DNA of 64,000 nucleotides from Laetmonice hystrix (Eukaryota): NCBI GenBank assembly GCA_965235115.1, contig OZ249448.1, positions 3,410,001 to 3,474,000 of the forward strand, read 5' to 3'. Shown piece by piece: positions 20,731 to 32,080 of this stretch (position 1 is its first letter; each line of letters starts with the position of its first letter). The notes under the pieces were generated by a model. It saw only the letters and a program-made list of their open reading frames with translations, ran no database searches and was not told where the DNA came from. The position numbers and the translations under genes were made by a program.

Positions 20731-23700
20731 TCAGTAGAGCAGGCCGGAGCCACCACTACCGCCACTGCCCTCAGGGGACGGGGTGGTAGTACGGGGTGGG
20801 CGCCGGGTTGGTGGGGGCGGGGTGTCGAGCCGCTCGCCCGTTAACACCCGTACCATATCGACATTGATGCCGTATGCCTTCTGATCCCAGGTCTTCAGTA
20901 TCATGTACCACGTGCCAGCCTTGGTGTTACAGATCAGTGCCTCTGTCCACGTGGAGATGTAGTAGTCAAACTCGAACGACTTGAGGTAAAAAAAGGGAAT
21001 GGGATCATATTCAGACCTTGAGCCAAGTAGGATTGCTAAAAGTGTAACTGAAAGCTGACACGAAAAGGTTCATGGCATGCTCGTCTGTATTGGGACAGCT
21101 CTCTGGATTGCAGGATTTTGTTAAGAGGGGTGCAATCACAAAGCACAAACATTTTTTTTAGGGATGACTTTTGGGCCTGGTACAAGCAACAAGTAAAATA
21201 AAATAACTGAAGGGGCGCACCCCCGGGACCCGACAACAGACCTCTCAGTTTCACCGGAGTGTAGGGAACGAGTCTGGAACAAGTGCGAAAATCTACATCT
21301 TTAAAAATCCCTGGTCCAAAAACCTCCGTGGGCTCCCCATAATGATTACCTTCAGGTCCGGTGGCTGGCCGTGCCGGATCAGGCCCGCCACGTAGCCGTA
21401 CTCAGCCTCCATTTTCAGCAGAACCTGCTCGCCGTTCTTGATCACCTCCTCTGGCATGGTGAACTCCACCAGCTCCGTCACGTTGGAGTTGTCCAGGGTC
21501 AGATTTTTCACCACAAGATGTTTCGGACCGAAGATGGCTACGCCCCCCTTGACCAGGTCGTTCTTGGGGGTCAGTTTCACCTGGTACTTACCCGGGGGCG
21601 TGTCGCAAATATCGATGGTACTGCCCCAGTAGGACGCCCGCCGAGAACAGTGGGTACATTTTGGGGTTTCCACATTCACGTCCATCCGACCACCCCACGT
21701 ACGGACCTGTCGAGGTAAAGACAAGAGCCTGTCCAGAAGGTTCTCAGACAAGAGGGCCAGAAGGTTCTGTCTTAATTTTGTGGAATAGGGTGGGAGGGGG
21801 CGACTTTCCCCTTTGTAGCCCGTGAAAGATGGATTGACAAGAAAACGTAGTTTTTTAATTGGATGTTGCCATTTTTGATGGTCAGGTTCTCCACCTCGAC
21901 GATCACTCTCAATAATTGTCCGAAGTACTGATATTTTCGACGTTTCCCCTGGCAACCAAAATTTGGGGAGATGGCCCCAGCCCCTTTTCTCGATGCCTAT
22001 TGTTTGGAACGTAGCCTATTCAAAAACCATGCATTGAAAAATCTGAAATTTCGGAACTATTGCTTACCTGCATAGTGTCGACGTTGGCCTTCTCTCCGAG
22101 CTCCACCTGTATAACAATCTGGTGACCGGCCGGCACGCTCAGCTCAGACGTGGCCACGAGTCCCGTCGCCGTGTTCACACAAGGTTCCAGGCCGACCTTC
22201 CTGAACGCCTCCGTGACGTCATCAGCCGAGTATCCAAGGTCAGTCGCTGCCTCCACCACGTCGCACGCAGCCTCGTAGAAACGCGAGTCAGCGCGCCAGT
22301 AGAGCTCGTTGGCGACCACGAAAGGATGGAAAGCCTGGCGGACGTCCCAGCCTTCAGTCTCCCCGAGGTAGTAGAAAGCCCTGTTGAAAAGCCCACTTGA
22401 GAAGTGAGGGTCCATTCCGGGACAGTAATCTTTAAACCCACCAATCGATCGCCCATCCTCTGACGGGTCGTAGAAGTACCTCAGAGCCTTCTTTGGGTGC
22501 TTGAAGATCTCAAAGCCTATCATCCAGTCTTTGTCTTGACTTGCAAAGAACTCCACCGCCTCTCCAGCCATGTCTGAGAAAGCCTCGTTCATTCCACCCG
22601 ACTCTCCCCAGTAATACAGCCCCGAATTCATCTCCGTCACTCCATGAGCAATCTCGTGGGCCACCACGTTGATGCTGGTCAATGGATAGAACGTGCTGTT
22701 CCCGTCGCCAAACGTGATGAAGTAGCCGTCCCAGAAGGCGTTCTCAAATGCCGTTCCAAAATGAACCCTTGCGCTGCAAAAGCTCTCACTTGAACCAGGT
22801 CTTTCCAAGGGGTTCTTGATTCCATACCACTTATCGAACATCTGGTAAGTTGCAGATATGTAGAAGAGCGCGTCGTTCAGCGGGGAGTAGGCGCCGTTGA
22901 CTTGGTCACTAAAGCCAGTCTCGCAGTTGAACTCAAAGGGTCTCTGAGCCTCCCGATAGCAAGACCAGCTGTTGTTACAGCTGTAAACGCGGGCGACGTT
23001 GTTCTCTAGAAGGCACGTGCCGTTGTCGGTTTTGGTGACGAGGAGTTTGGGGTAGTCCTTGCCATCATAGGATGCCTTTCCCATCTTCTCATTGCCCCCA
23101 ACGCCGGTTGTTTTGTAGTTGCTGCGGACTCGCTGCTTGTCGGCTATCCGGTTGATGGAGAGGCCTTCCCACGTTCGGATGATGTCGCCAGTGTTGGCAT
23201 CAATGAAGGAGAACGGCCGGGACAGTTTGTCGCCGCTCTCCACGCGGTATGAGACTTTGTAAACGAGCCGTGCCCGGACCTGGTCGCCCAACCCATCGTC
23301 CAGCATCACCTCCAGTTGTGCGTCCTTCGCCGGGTCGAACTGAACAGTGTATGGGTCGTCGCGGTTGTGGCGGGCCGCCGTGTGGAAGGCCTCATCAACG
23401 GTCAGCTTGGGCTGGGGGTCCGGAATGTCTTCATCAAGATCACCGACCAGCTGGCCGCTAGCCGCCCCTGTCAAACGCCCGGCGCCATCTTCCTCCACAA
23501 CCACCGTGGCGCCCACTATCGGCACACCCTGGAATGTCTCCTGGTATTTGGTCTTCTTAGTGCCGGCCGGGAGGTCAATGCGCTTGCCCTCCTGGAGGTC
23601 CTCGTTCCGGCCCAGCCCCATCAAGGAGCGTGGGTTGCCGGTGTGGCGGCCCAATGATCGACGCGCCCTCAGCATCTGAGTTTGAACGTTGATCTTGCGG

Positions 23701-24489
23701 GCGCCATCCACCAGCGTACCCAGCACTGTAGGACAAACACCAGGTCAGTATACACCGGCAGGGAGCTGGTAAATACTGGCCCTTTTCAAAGTCCAAAATG
23801 GACTTTGCAACCCAAACTTTGCACTTTGAATGGGGTCAGTTTTTATATAGCAAAGTTACTTTGTTGAGAGCCATCTTAGGTCTCTTAACGACGGTAGCAT
23901 AACTTACTCGATCAACAAAATTCACTGACTTTATATTCATCGTCATGGAAATGTAGGCCTACTGTCTCATACAATTCTGGACCTTTTCCCAAAGATGTGA
24001 ACAATATGGGAGGGACGACTTTGAGATCGACTGGGTACATAGCTTTCTGTTATATCATGGACCACCCGCCATTATCCTGATCCAACTCTGAGTGACCTGA
24101 CTGTGAATTGACATGCAGTCGAATATCGCGATGTTACTACTCGAGTCGAGCCAGTCAGCGGTGGCCTCGACTTCAATAACTGGCCCGGGAAGGGCCAAAA
24201 ACACTGAAGCGAAGTTCAATGTCATTGGACCTATAAGACATTATTATTATTATATATTTCTTAAGATTGTTTCAAAATTGTAAAACAATTGGCCATCATA
24301 CACAAGAAATGTTATGTAGGTCCTGTATTATTAATGTCATTTTTCGACTTGGCCATCTCTATTTATGTATGATCACGAGCCCGCTGTAGCTCAGACCTAT
24401 CGGGATGAGTAGACCTTGGACTTAGATAGTCCAAGTTTAGACCTACCTGTGAGGGTGAGAAAGAGGAGACAAGCCACTCGCCGCGCCAT
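20731..24489 (-). CDS. secreted M4-family (vibriolysin/pseudolysin-like) zinc metalloprotease preproprotein, 768 aa, with two PPC-like C-terminal domains
   Basis: Exons (minus strand) 24489-24447, 23725-22068, 21706-21350, 20979-20731; GT-AG introns, phases 1,0,0; total 2307 nt. Signal peptide MARRVACLLFLTLTVLGTLVDG; FTP/PepSY-like propeptide (KYQETFQGVPIVG...SRPFSFIDANTGDIIRTWEG); catalytic motifs VNGAYSPLNDA, FENAFWDG, AHEIAHG (HExxH), GGMNEAFSD (third Zn ligand) and DPHFSSG (catalytic His). Confidence 0.93.
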
Positions 24490-24555
24490 CTTCCGACGCT
24501 TACGTTCGATCGTCCACAACCGTCGGATCCCAATCTAACCACGGTCCAGACTCGG

Positions 24556-24563
24556 TATATATA
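24556..24563 (-). promoter_or_regulatory. candidate TATA box of the M4 gene
   Basis: TATATATA 67 nt upstream of the ATG at 24489; based on position only. Confidence 0.35.
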
Positions 24564-25349
24564 CCCACTCTTCTAATTACCGAAAACATCAATTTCACCC
24601 CAAATAACGCACCAGTCGGTAATTTACCTGTAATGACCTTTAGTGACAACCAATATATGTATCGGGCGAGTGGTTTAATTTACAATTAATGAAAGTCCAA
24701 TTTCTGGCGCCTACATATACGGGTTAGTGGTGAAACATGTCAATATTCAATTTCATAATTAGCCTGCCCCTATCAATGGGGGCATCGTGTTATTTTAAAT
24801 AACGTTTTTACTCAAAATTAATCCCATATCTAAAATATTCTGCATATATTTCAGCTGCATGCGAAGAGAAGAAACATGAGCTGCCCGTCTATTAAGTAAG
24901 CATATTTCCCGTTTTCCCATAGACATTATGGACCAAGGATATAGGCCTAATTCTCAGTCAGCAAAGTACATGAGGGACTGCTCATTTGAGTACGACATAT
25001 CCCCTATTATTATATGTCTAATATTCGAATAATTTATAGTGTGTCTACCCCCTTTCACCTTACGATTTGGGTCTCCGATGTGAACTTGAAGATACACCAT
25101 TAATTCTGGTGAACGATAACATAGTTAGGTCAAGTTTTCGGGAAAGTCAAGGTCACGCGAAGGTCAGAGGAAAAAAGACATACACGAAGCTATCATAATC
25201 TCACACGCCTAAATCATGCATGGTAAATATACACAAAAATCGGACAGCACCGGTCAGCATCCTTACTGCTAGTTGAATGGAGGTTATTTTCAAACTCATC
25301 CATACACGTCAGCACGTCTGTCTCTCTTTTTAGGGTTTCAAAACGCCGA

Positions 25350-25410
25350 TCTGGCGAAAGTAATAAAGGTCCTAGTACTGCACCTTGAGGTACACCGTGT
25401 CTCACATAAG
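25350..25410 (-). mobile_element. short non-LTR retrotransposon RT fragment
   Basis: Minus strand translates VRHGVPQGAVLGPLLL, the conserved GVPQGSVLGPLLF motif of LINE reverse transcriptases; no further RT is recognisable. Confidence 0.55.
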
Positions 25411-25506
25411 CGTTCATGTGATTGTACGTTTTGAGAAGTAACATTTTGTGTGTTATGAGAGAGGCAATTGAATGCCACACACAGAACTTTATAGAGTCTA
25501 CTGCCC

Positions 25507-26195
25507 GCCCTTTTTCCTTGCTTTTTTCATGTGGCTCACAAAAGCGCACATAGTCTAGTTCGGCGGCCATCTTCAACGTTCCATAAGAACCAATCCAATT
25601 TGGCCCAAACCTGTCCAATCCCACAGAGAACCCTAACTATTCTTTGAATTGCAACTCCGTCATGTTTTTTTCTAATCATGTTCACAACATAATTTGTGTT
25701 GCAAACCCAAAGCTACATCCGGCTAAATTAGCAATGACAACTAAATGTCTTAAATACAGTTTGACCAATCAAAAGTAAAACTGCCCGCAAAGATATACGT
25801 TAAAGCATACGTAGAAGGTTGCATTGATACAAGGTTGACTACTGAACATGCATTTAACGATTACTCATTGACATATTATATAGATGAAATATATAGTTTT
25901 ATTCAAAGATGACCTCCTCCCCTTTCCTTGCCTTTTTCATGTGGCTCACAAAAACTGTACGCACTTATAGTCTAGTTCGGCGGCCATCTTCAAAGTTCCA
26001 CAAGAACCAATCCAATTTGGCCCAAACCTGTCCAATCCCACAGAGAACCCTAACTATTCTTTGATTTGCAACTCCGTCATGTTTTTTTTCTAATCATGTT
26101 CACAACATAATTTGTGTTGCAAAGCCAAAGCTACATCGGGCTAAATTCGCAATGACAACTAAATATCTTAAATACAGTTTGACCAATCAAAAGTA
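25507..26195. repeat. two ~270-bp direct repeats upstream of GRL1, homologous to the upstream block of the other GRL genes
   Basis: Copies at about 25507-25777 and 25921-26195. They share CGGCCATCTT, CATGTTCACAAC, GCAATGACAACTAAATGTCTT and GACCAATCAAAA with blocks upstream of GRL2-9. Confidence 0.8.
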
Positions 26196-26596
26196 TAGGA
26201 TGTAGGCCTAGAGGTCCTCATGAGAGTATACTAGGCGCATTCTATAGACCATTAGCCTATTCCAAATGTCAATATTTGTCATGTTGGCAACATATGTACC
26301 TTCAACGACGTCCGGAAGTGGATAAAATGACATTTAATGGCAGGCGAGGTGTGTCTTTCCATTAGTGATGAGGAATAAATGCGTAAGCAAAGAATAGTTA
26401 ATGCCAGCCACGCATTTCAGGAAAAGGGAATGTGGCCCTATGCAATCATCATTTATTTACTGAAGGTTCTCTGCTAAAAGCTCTTATTTTCGTTGATGCA
26501 TTAATGTCAGAAGAAGACCTCTAGATTAGCATTTCTGAGCTTCGAAAGATTTCCGCTGGACAAAATGTTTCCTTGAATCAGAGAGGGACGCCGAAA

Positions 26597-26630
26597 AGAA
26601 GAAGAAGAAGAAGAAGAAGAAGAAGAAGAA
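26597..26630. repeat. (AGA)n microsatellite
   Basis: Directly visible, about 230 nt upstream of the GRL1 ATG. Confidence 0.9.
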
Positions 26631-26862
26631 TCCCAGTCATAACCAGATGAGTTGTTCATCATGCCAGATCACTGGGAGGACTATAATCTTTCTGCATTCT
26701 GATTTATAAAACCTTCTATTGACAAACATAACCAGATTGTGTTTTTGCACAAACATGTCCGACCGTTTGCACAGATCATTTGAGTGACTATAATTATTTG
26801 CGTACTGATATATATAGAGTCAAGGTCTGTTTCTACCCGGAGTTGTCAGTCCGAGTTCCAAA

Positions 26863-29367
26863 ATGTCAGCAGGGCTGATTCTTCGTCGAGTGGCAAGCAT
26901 GCTGATGCTAAGCGGGGTTTTCATCAAGAACAAGGACCGATCGAGATGGAAGGACGTTCTTTTGGCAATCTACTGCATCATGATCCTTTCCGGCTATCTT
27001 TTTACTGCTGGAAGATTTGTTTATTATGTTGCAATCTCTGGTCACGGATTCAGTGGATACAAGTTATCGTTATTGCATTCGGTCATCGGTCAGATAACCA
27101 TGGTCTTGATTTTTCTGGTTATATTAAGGACTGGGGGTTGTCTCCAGACCTTTGTGGAATCTTTTGACAAGGAAATGAACAAAGCAGAATTAATGCCTAA
27201 TAGCGTAGGCCTAATTCTCAAGAATGTGGAAAGGGCATCTCTGGTGTGTTTAGTGGTCATTGTCGTCTTGTCTATTGTAAATATATTCGGTCGGTCACTG
27301 GCTTACTTTGGATTCTCCAGAGAGATAACTATGGATCCCTTGTTCCCAATACCTCCAGTGTTTGATACACCTTGGATGATCGGCCTTCAGGCAGTTCACA
27401 TAATCATTGAACAATCACAGCTCGTCCTCTACTTTGCACTGCTTGCAACAGTCATATTCACGTGTATCCTCCTTTTGAAGGCGTTTCAAAGATTCGCACA
27501 GACGATCGCTTCAACGGGAATGGACTGGAATTCAGACTTGGAGATTGAAAACATGCGCTTGCATTACGAGGAGCTCATTCACCTTACTAACGTGGCCGAT
27601 TCAATGTTGAGAGATAGTATCGCAGTGTTGTTTCTGGCAGTGATGATACAAATGTGTTTCGCTATCTTTGGCCTTGTTCGCACTGGCAACTATGGACTCC
27701 ATCTTATATCTACATTTAATGCGGTTTCCGTGATTATCTCTATATTCCTTATTTGGGGTTCCTGCGTTAAGGTGCACCAGAATGTAAGTTGAATGATCAA
27801 AAACCTTTTCACTTAATGAGACCCAGCAAGATTATCTGCCAACACTGATAGGCGGCCTTTCCCTGAACTGTGCCTAGGCATGCATGTGTTTGGTCTGGCA
27901 ATTGCCGTAAATCTGAGAAGAGAGTAGGGGCCCTATGTACATTAAAGAATGTAGGCCCTGTTGGGGCTACTATATGAACATGTTTATTTCCATGTCAACG
28001 TATGCATTAATCACAGATCACAGGAGCAACTCTTGACCTCGAATGGACGAGGCTCCTCTCCTAAGATCGAACTGTTAGTTTTAAATATTTTTGTTATAGT
28101 GGTGTAAAAAAACTTAAAGGGAACCAATTGCATCTTATCTCATTAACATTCCAGAACATATCTTGCAGACCTTAATTCAGTTTATTTTTCCGTTTATTTT
28201 TATAGACATAATTCTTGTTTTATAGAAGAAGACAATGTTGCTTTTGACACAATTAGGTTATTTCACTCATAGGCTTTTGATAAACAGACTTTTATTAAAT
28301 TCTATTTTACTTTTACGTTTATCTTTTGATAAACAGACTTTTATTAAATTTTATTTTACATCCACCTTCTGTGCCAATTGATGTCTGTAGTCGGTATAGG
28401 CCTGCGTGTATAGATCCACCCTGTATATTTAGTAATTACAGGTACTTGGCCTAAATCTGATATCTTTCCATTACCAGGCCTCCCTTCCTCTTGATGAGCT
28501 CTACAGACGCAACCTCTGCACAATCCCAGAGAACTGTGTTCCTAAGGTACCGTACTGGTTTTACTGGGAAAGTTAAATTCAGCAATGGCATCCTGTAGCA
28601 ATACCCATTGCCTAGGTCAAGGTCCATGCTCTAGTTTCACCCAGTCGCCAACGGCGAGTGGCGTTTGTGGGCACCAAGGGAGTCGGAATAAAATTTAAAG
28701 CTTCAAAAAATAGAAAACATTTCCACCCCCTTCCAAAATTCCTTGACTCGCCACTGGAACGATATGAACAATATCAATACTCATGATGAATCTTTATACG
28801 ATTATGGTCATTAAAAATAATGCACTGTAGGGCTACTGTCAGGTTATTATTCAGGAATCCATGTCCTTTCAGATTCAGGTGTTTATCAGTCGCCTTCAGG
28901 GCTCTCGTGTAGGCATCACTGCTGCGGGATTCTTTCTCATTAACAAACAGATGCTTGTTTCCGTATGTAGGCCTTTGTTATTCTATGTCTGAAGAGATTC
29001 CTTCCAGTGGCAGGGTTCCTTCTCATGGTATTTTCACCTAGAATTAAACAAAATCTTAAAGCGCTATTTTGTTATTTTATATGGTTAAACTACAGCCAAG
29101 AGAAGGTAAAACCCTCACTACACTCACTCAGTGAGGGCTTATTGATTCCTGACCTCCTGACATCTGTAAGCATGTATTAAATCATCGTTATCTGGTGACA
29201 AAGAAAAGTTTATTTTTCAGATTGTGGGGACAATCCTGGCCTACACCATTGTGGTTTTGCAGTTCGATCTGGAAACAGCCCTTGGGTGTGATCCTGACCC
29301 GGCACCAGTCCACAATGTCACCGACTCAACATTTTCCGACCTCGGCCCCACTACCTTTCCCTACTAG
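26863..29367 (+). CDS. gustatory receptor-like (GRL/7TM ion channel) gene 1, 408 aa, the most divergent copy
   Basis: Exons 26863-27783, 28478-28546, 28873-28962, 29221-29367; three phase-0 GT-AG introns. Multiple hydrophobic helices; C-terminal GITAAGFFLINKQMLVS-IVGTILAYTIVVLQF matches the GR-superfamily TM7 (T/A)Y-hhhhh-QF motif. Confidence 0.9.
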
Positions 29368-29649
29368 TATTAGGGAAGCACCTTATTATTTAAGGAGACC
29401 GAGTATTTTTTAAAAGTTGTGCATTTACAAGATTACCGTATATCTGGAGTTTCTAAATTGCAAAACAGTGACCCTTTATTGGCCCTTGTAGGAGCCTATC
29501 CTGTAATTTGGTTCCGTGTTATACAGTGTTCCATCTTTTGTAGTTATAGTTTCAATACAGTGTATTCTTTCTATACTGTTTGATTCCGTTGCATAAAAAC
29601 GGCCATGAATTTGGACAGTGTCGCCGCCCTCGCTGTATTTGATGGTCAT

Positions 29650-30610
29650 GGACATGGTTAGGCATACAGTCTAGAAGAGAGCATGTTATTGCATCCCACA
29701 AGGGATAGACTTTCAGGATATTTTTGATACGCTGGATGAAGTGCCATTTAGTGCTGCTCTTTAGGGGGAGCAGGACGATGTTTACAAGCAGGCTCTCAGA
29801 AAGTGAATGGAATGTATACCCCCTATGATAAAGTGTTGGGTCGACATGTGCAAGGTGAACACAGCAGTTGTTTGAGAGAGGCATCTGATGCCAATGGCTG
29901 AAGAGGTGATCCAAAGGATGAACGGAAGCACTGTGTTCAGTAAAATCGACCTTCAAAGTGGATTGCATCAAATTAAATTTGATGAGGAATCCAACAGCAT
30001 AACCAAGTTTACGTGTCATCTAAGGCTTTCCAGATATACAAAAGACTAATGTTTGAGGTCTGCCCTGCTCTGGAACCTTTGCGCAAAATTGTGCTGGCCG
30101 GGTGTAAATGCATAGAGAACATTTCTGACGATTTTATCATACATGGAGAAGGATGAACGCTTATGTGTTTCATCCGTATGCCAGAGCTAGAGTAATGTAG
30201 GCTAGGTCACAACCTGAGTAAAATGGTATTGCACTGGCAAGTGACAGAGTCAAAGCTCTCTCAGAAGCTAGGAAACCAGAGTCGACAACAGGGCGGTTAG
30301 AATTTTACTTGGACTGGTGAACTTTATAGTGCAAGGTTCATACCTATATAACCATATACATGAGGTGATCCATTTAATTGGGGATGTGAACAGGACATTG
30401 CTTTCCAGAAGTTGAAAGATGAACTGAGTAATGCAGACAAGCATAATTTGACAAGGACGAAACAACAGAAATATGGTCTGCCATGTGAGCTGAAGTCTAA
30501 CTCAAGTCGAAGGACACTATTCACAAACTGAGAAGGGGCCCTTGGTATCGTTTGTCGTAAAACCACCATTACTCACTCACCTTAACAGCAGACACGTACG
30601 GAGACTTGAA
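29650..30610 (+). mobile_element. decayed Ty3/Gypsy LTR retrotransposon pol (RT-RNaseH) fragment
   Basis: With stops and frameshifts: VDMCKVNTAVV*ERHLMPMAEEVIQRMNGSTVFSKIDLQSGLHQI, KRLMFEV, ENISDDFIIHG, DRVKALSEARKPES, LGLVNF, AFQKLKDELSNA. Boundaries are approximate. Confidence 0.8.
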
Positions 30611-31175
30611 GTTGCTAGGTGGTTTTCTAGAAAACTGTAGACAGATGATCAGCTTCATATGATGGATGAATGTCATGCATATCTTTGAAGGGAAATTAAC
30701 AAACAGAACCACGTTACAATGTGGGTGGCAATTGGTTGGTATGGTATAATTGGCCCTTAATTTTTGAGAATAATGATGGCAGAACAGTCATTCATTAGGA
30801 ATTCCTACAAATACCTTTCCTTGGACATTTTGATCTCCCTGTATGAAGACATTGAGTGGTCTCAGTAGTCACTAGATCTGACACTCCTGACTTCTTTCGC
30901 TGGGCCAAATCATTCTTCTCCAAAATTTGTATATGCCTACACTTAGGGTAACATGTTGAATTACTTGTCATATGTAATAAACTCTCAGTGACCGGTAATC
31001 GTGACTGGGTCATTACGAGAAGGTGCATTGTTATTGTCAATCTTACTAAGGTCTGTCATTTGACCATAGATCTATGGTTTATTTACATAGGAGTCGGTGA
31101 TAGACCAAATGGTTATTAATTATTAGTGGCCTCCTATTTACTTCTATAGTAAAATATGCTAAAATACACGTTTTG

Positions 31176-31510
31176 GATGATTTCCGGCGGTTATCCAACA
31201 TGACCGTGTACTAGGGATCTAAGTAAATAATCCTACCACATCATTTTGTCCTCCGATGTGTTTTCGCTGCGTATGCAGCACAAGTAGGTTCTATATGACC
31301 AAACCTATAGATTTCTCCCGATAGCACATCTCCCGCTATAATGTAGTAGACAACCTCCCATCAACCCGTGTAATCGTGTACTGCGTCACGTCCTGTGTGT
31401 GCACTCTCTGCAGGTGCTTAGTCACGTGCTTCGCTTAGTTGTAAACAATTCAGCTGTTACATTCGATCGTTCGGCATCAGAATGCCACCCAAAAAATATT
31501 TTACGGAATC
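31176..31510. mobile_element. second, diverged copy of the 7471-7973 element family
   Basis: Long matches such as TTATCCAACATGACC, AAGTAAATAATCCTA, TTTTCGCTGCGTATGCAGCACAAGTA and CGGCATCAGAATGCCACCCAAAAAA; termini not clearly retained. Confidence 0.7.
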
Positions 31511-32080
31511 AGCAGTGAAGCGGTCAAGGAAAGAAAGATACAGAAGCTGGAAAAGACAGCAAGTCAATCTTGGAAACTAAGGCAAAGGGGTCGTTGGCGA
31601 GGTGCCTGGAGCGGCACCTTGAGTGTCGAGCCTGCCTGCTGTGCCGGCCTGTGGAGGGGGGAGAGGAGCCGACACGCAGGACACGGGACACTCGATATGT
31701 TCCGGAGCCGCCATTGTTTCCCGACTCCTTCCACCACGAACGAGTGTCAGACAATTTCCTGACTGATAAAACTACACGTACACGCGAAATTTTCTGCGTA
31801 TATATATATTCGCCATCTCCATGTCCCGTTCGTAACTTCGTCAGCCATGCTTCAAAACAGCCGTCTGAGCATGCGCGAGGGTTCTGTGTGTCACGTGTGT
31901 CAACAAAAGCCACGTGCAAACGATGGGCAGAGCCGTTTTTCCAGATGGCCAGCAAGGGGGCTGTAGACGTGTCCTTGATAGGATAGGTCCTCTCAGGGGA
32001 ATTGGTCTTCAAAACAGCTTACACACACTTCAAGTTCTTGTACAATAACCGCTCCTTTAAACAACAACAAATTACATGTA

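Noticed and set aside
20731-24489. Bacterial contaminant explanation for the M4 gene
   Set aside because: Three GT-AG introns with pyrimidine tracts keep the frame, the signal peptide is split by an intron, and the flanks carry eukaryotic repeats; only a read-level check remains.
27784-27792. ORF-track C-termini VS* of the GRL ORFs (and read-through tails of the M4 and MORN3 exon ORFs)
   Set aside because: Read-through into GTAAGT donor sites; the real genes continue in downstream exons.
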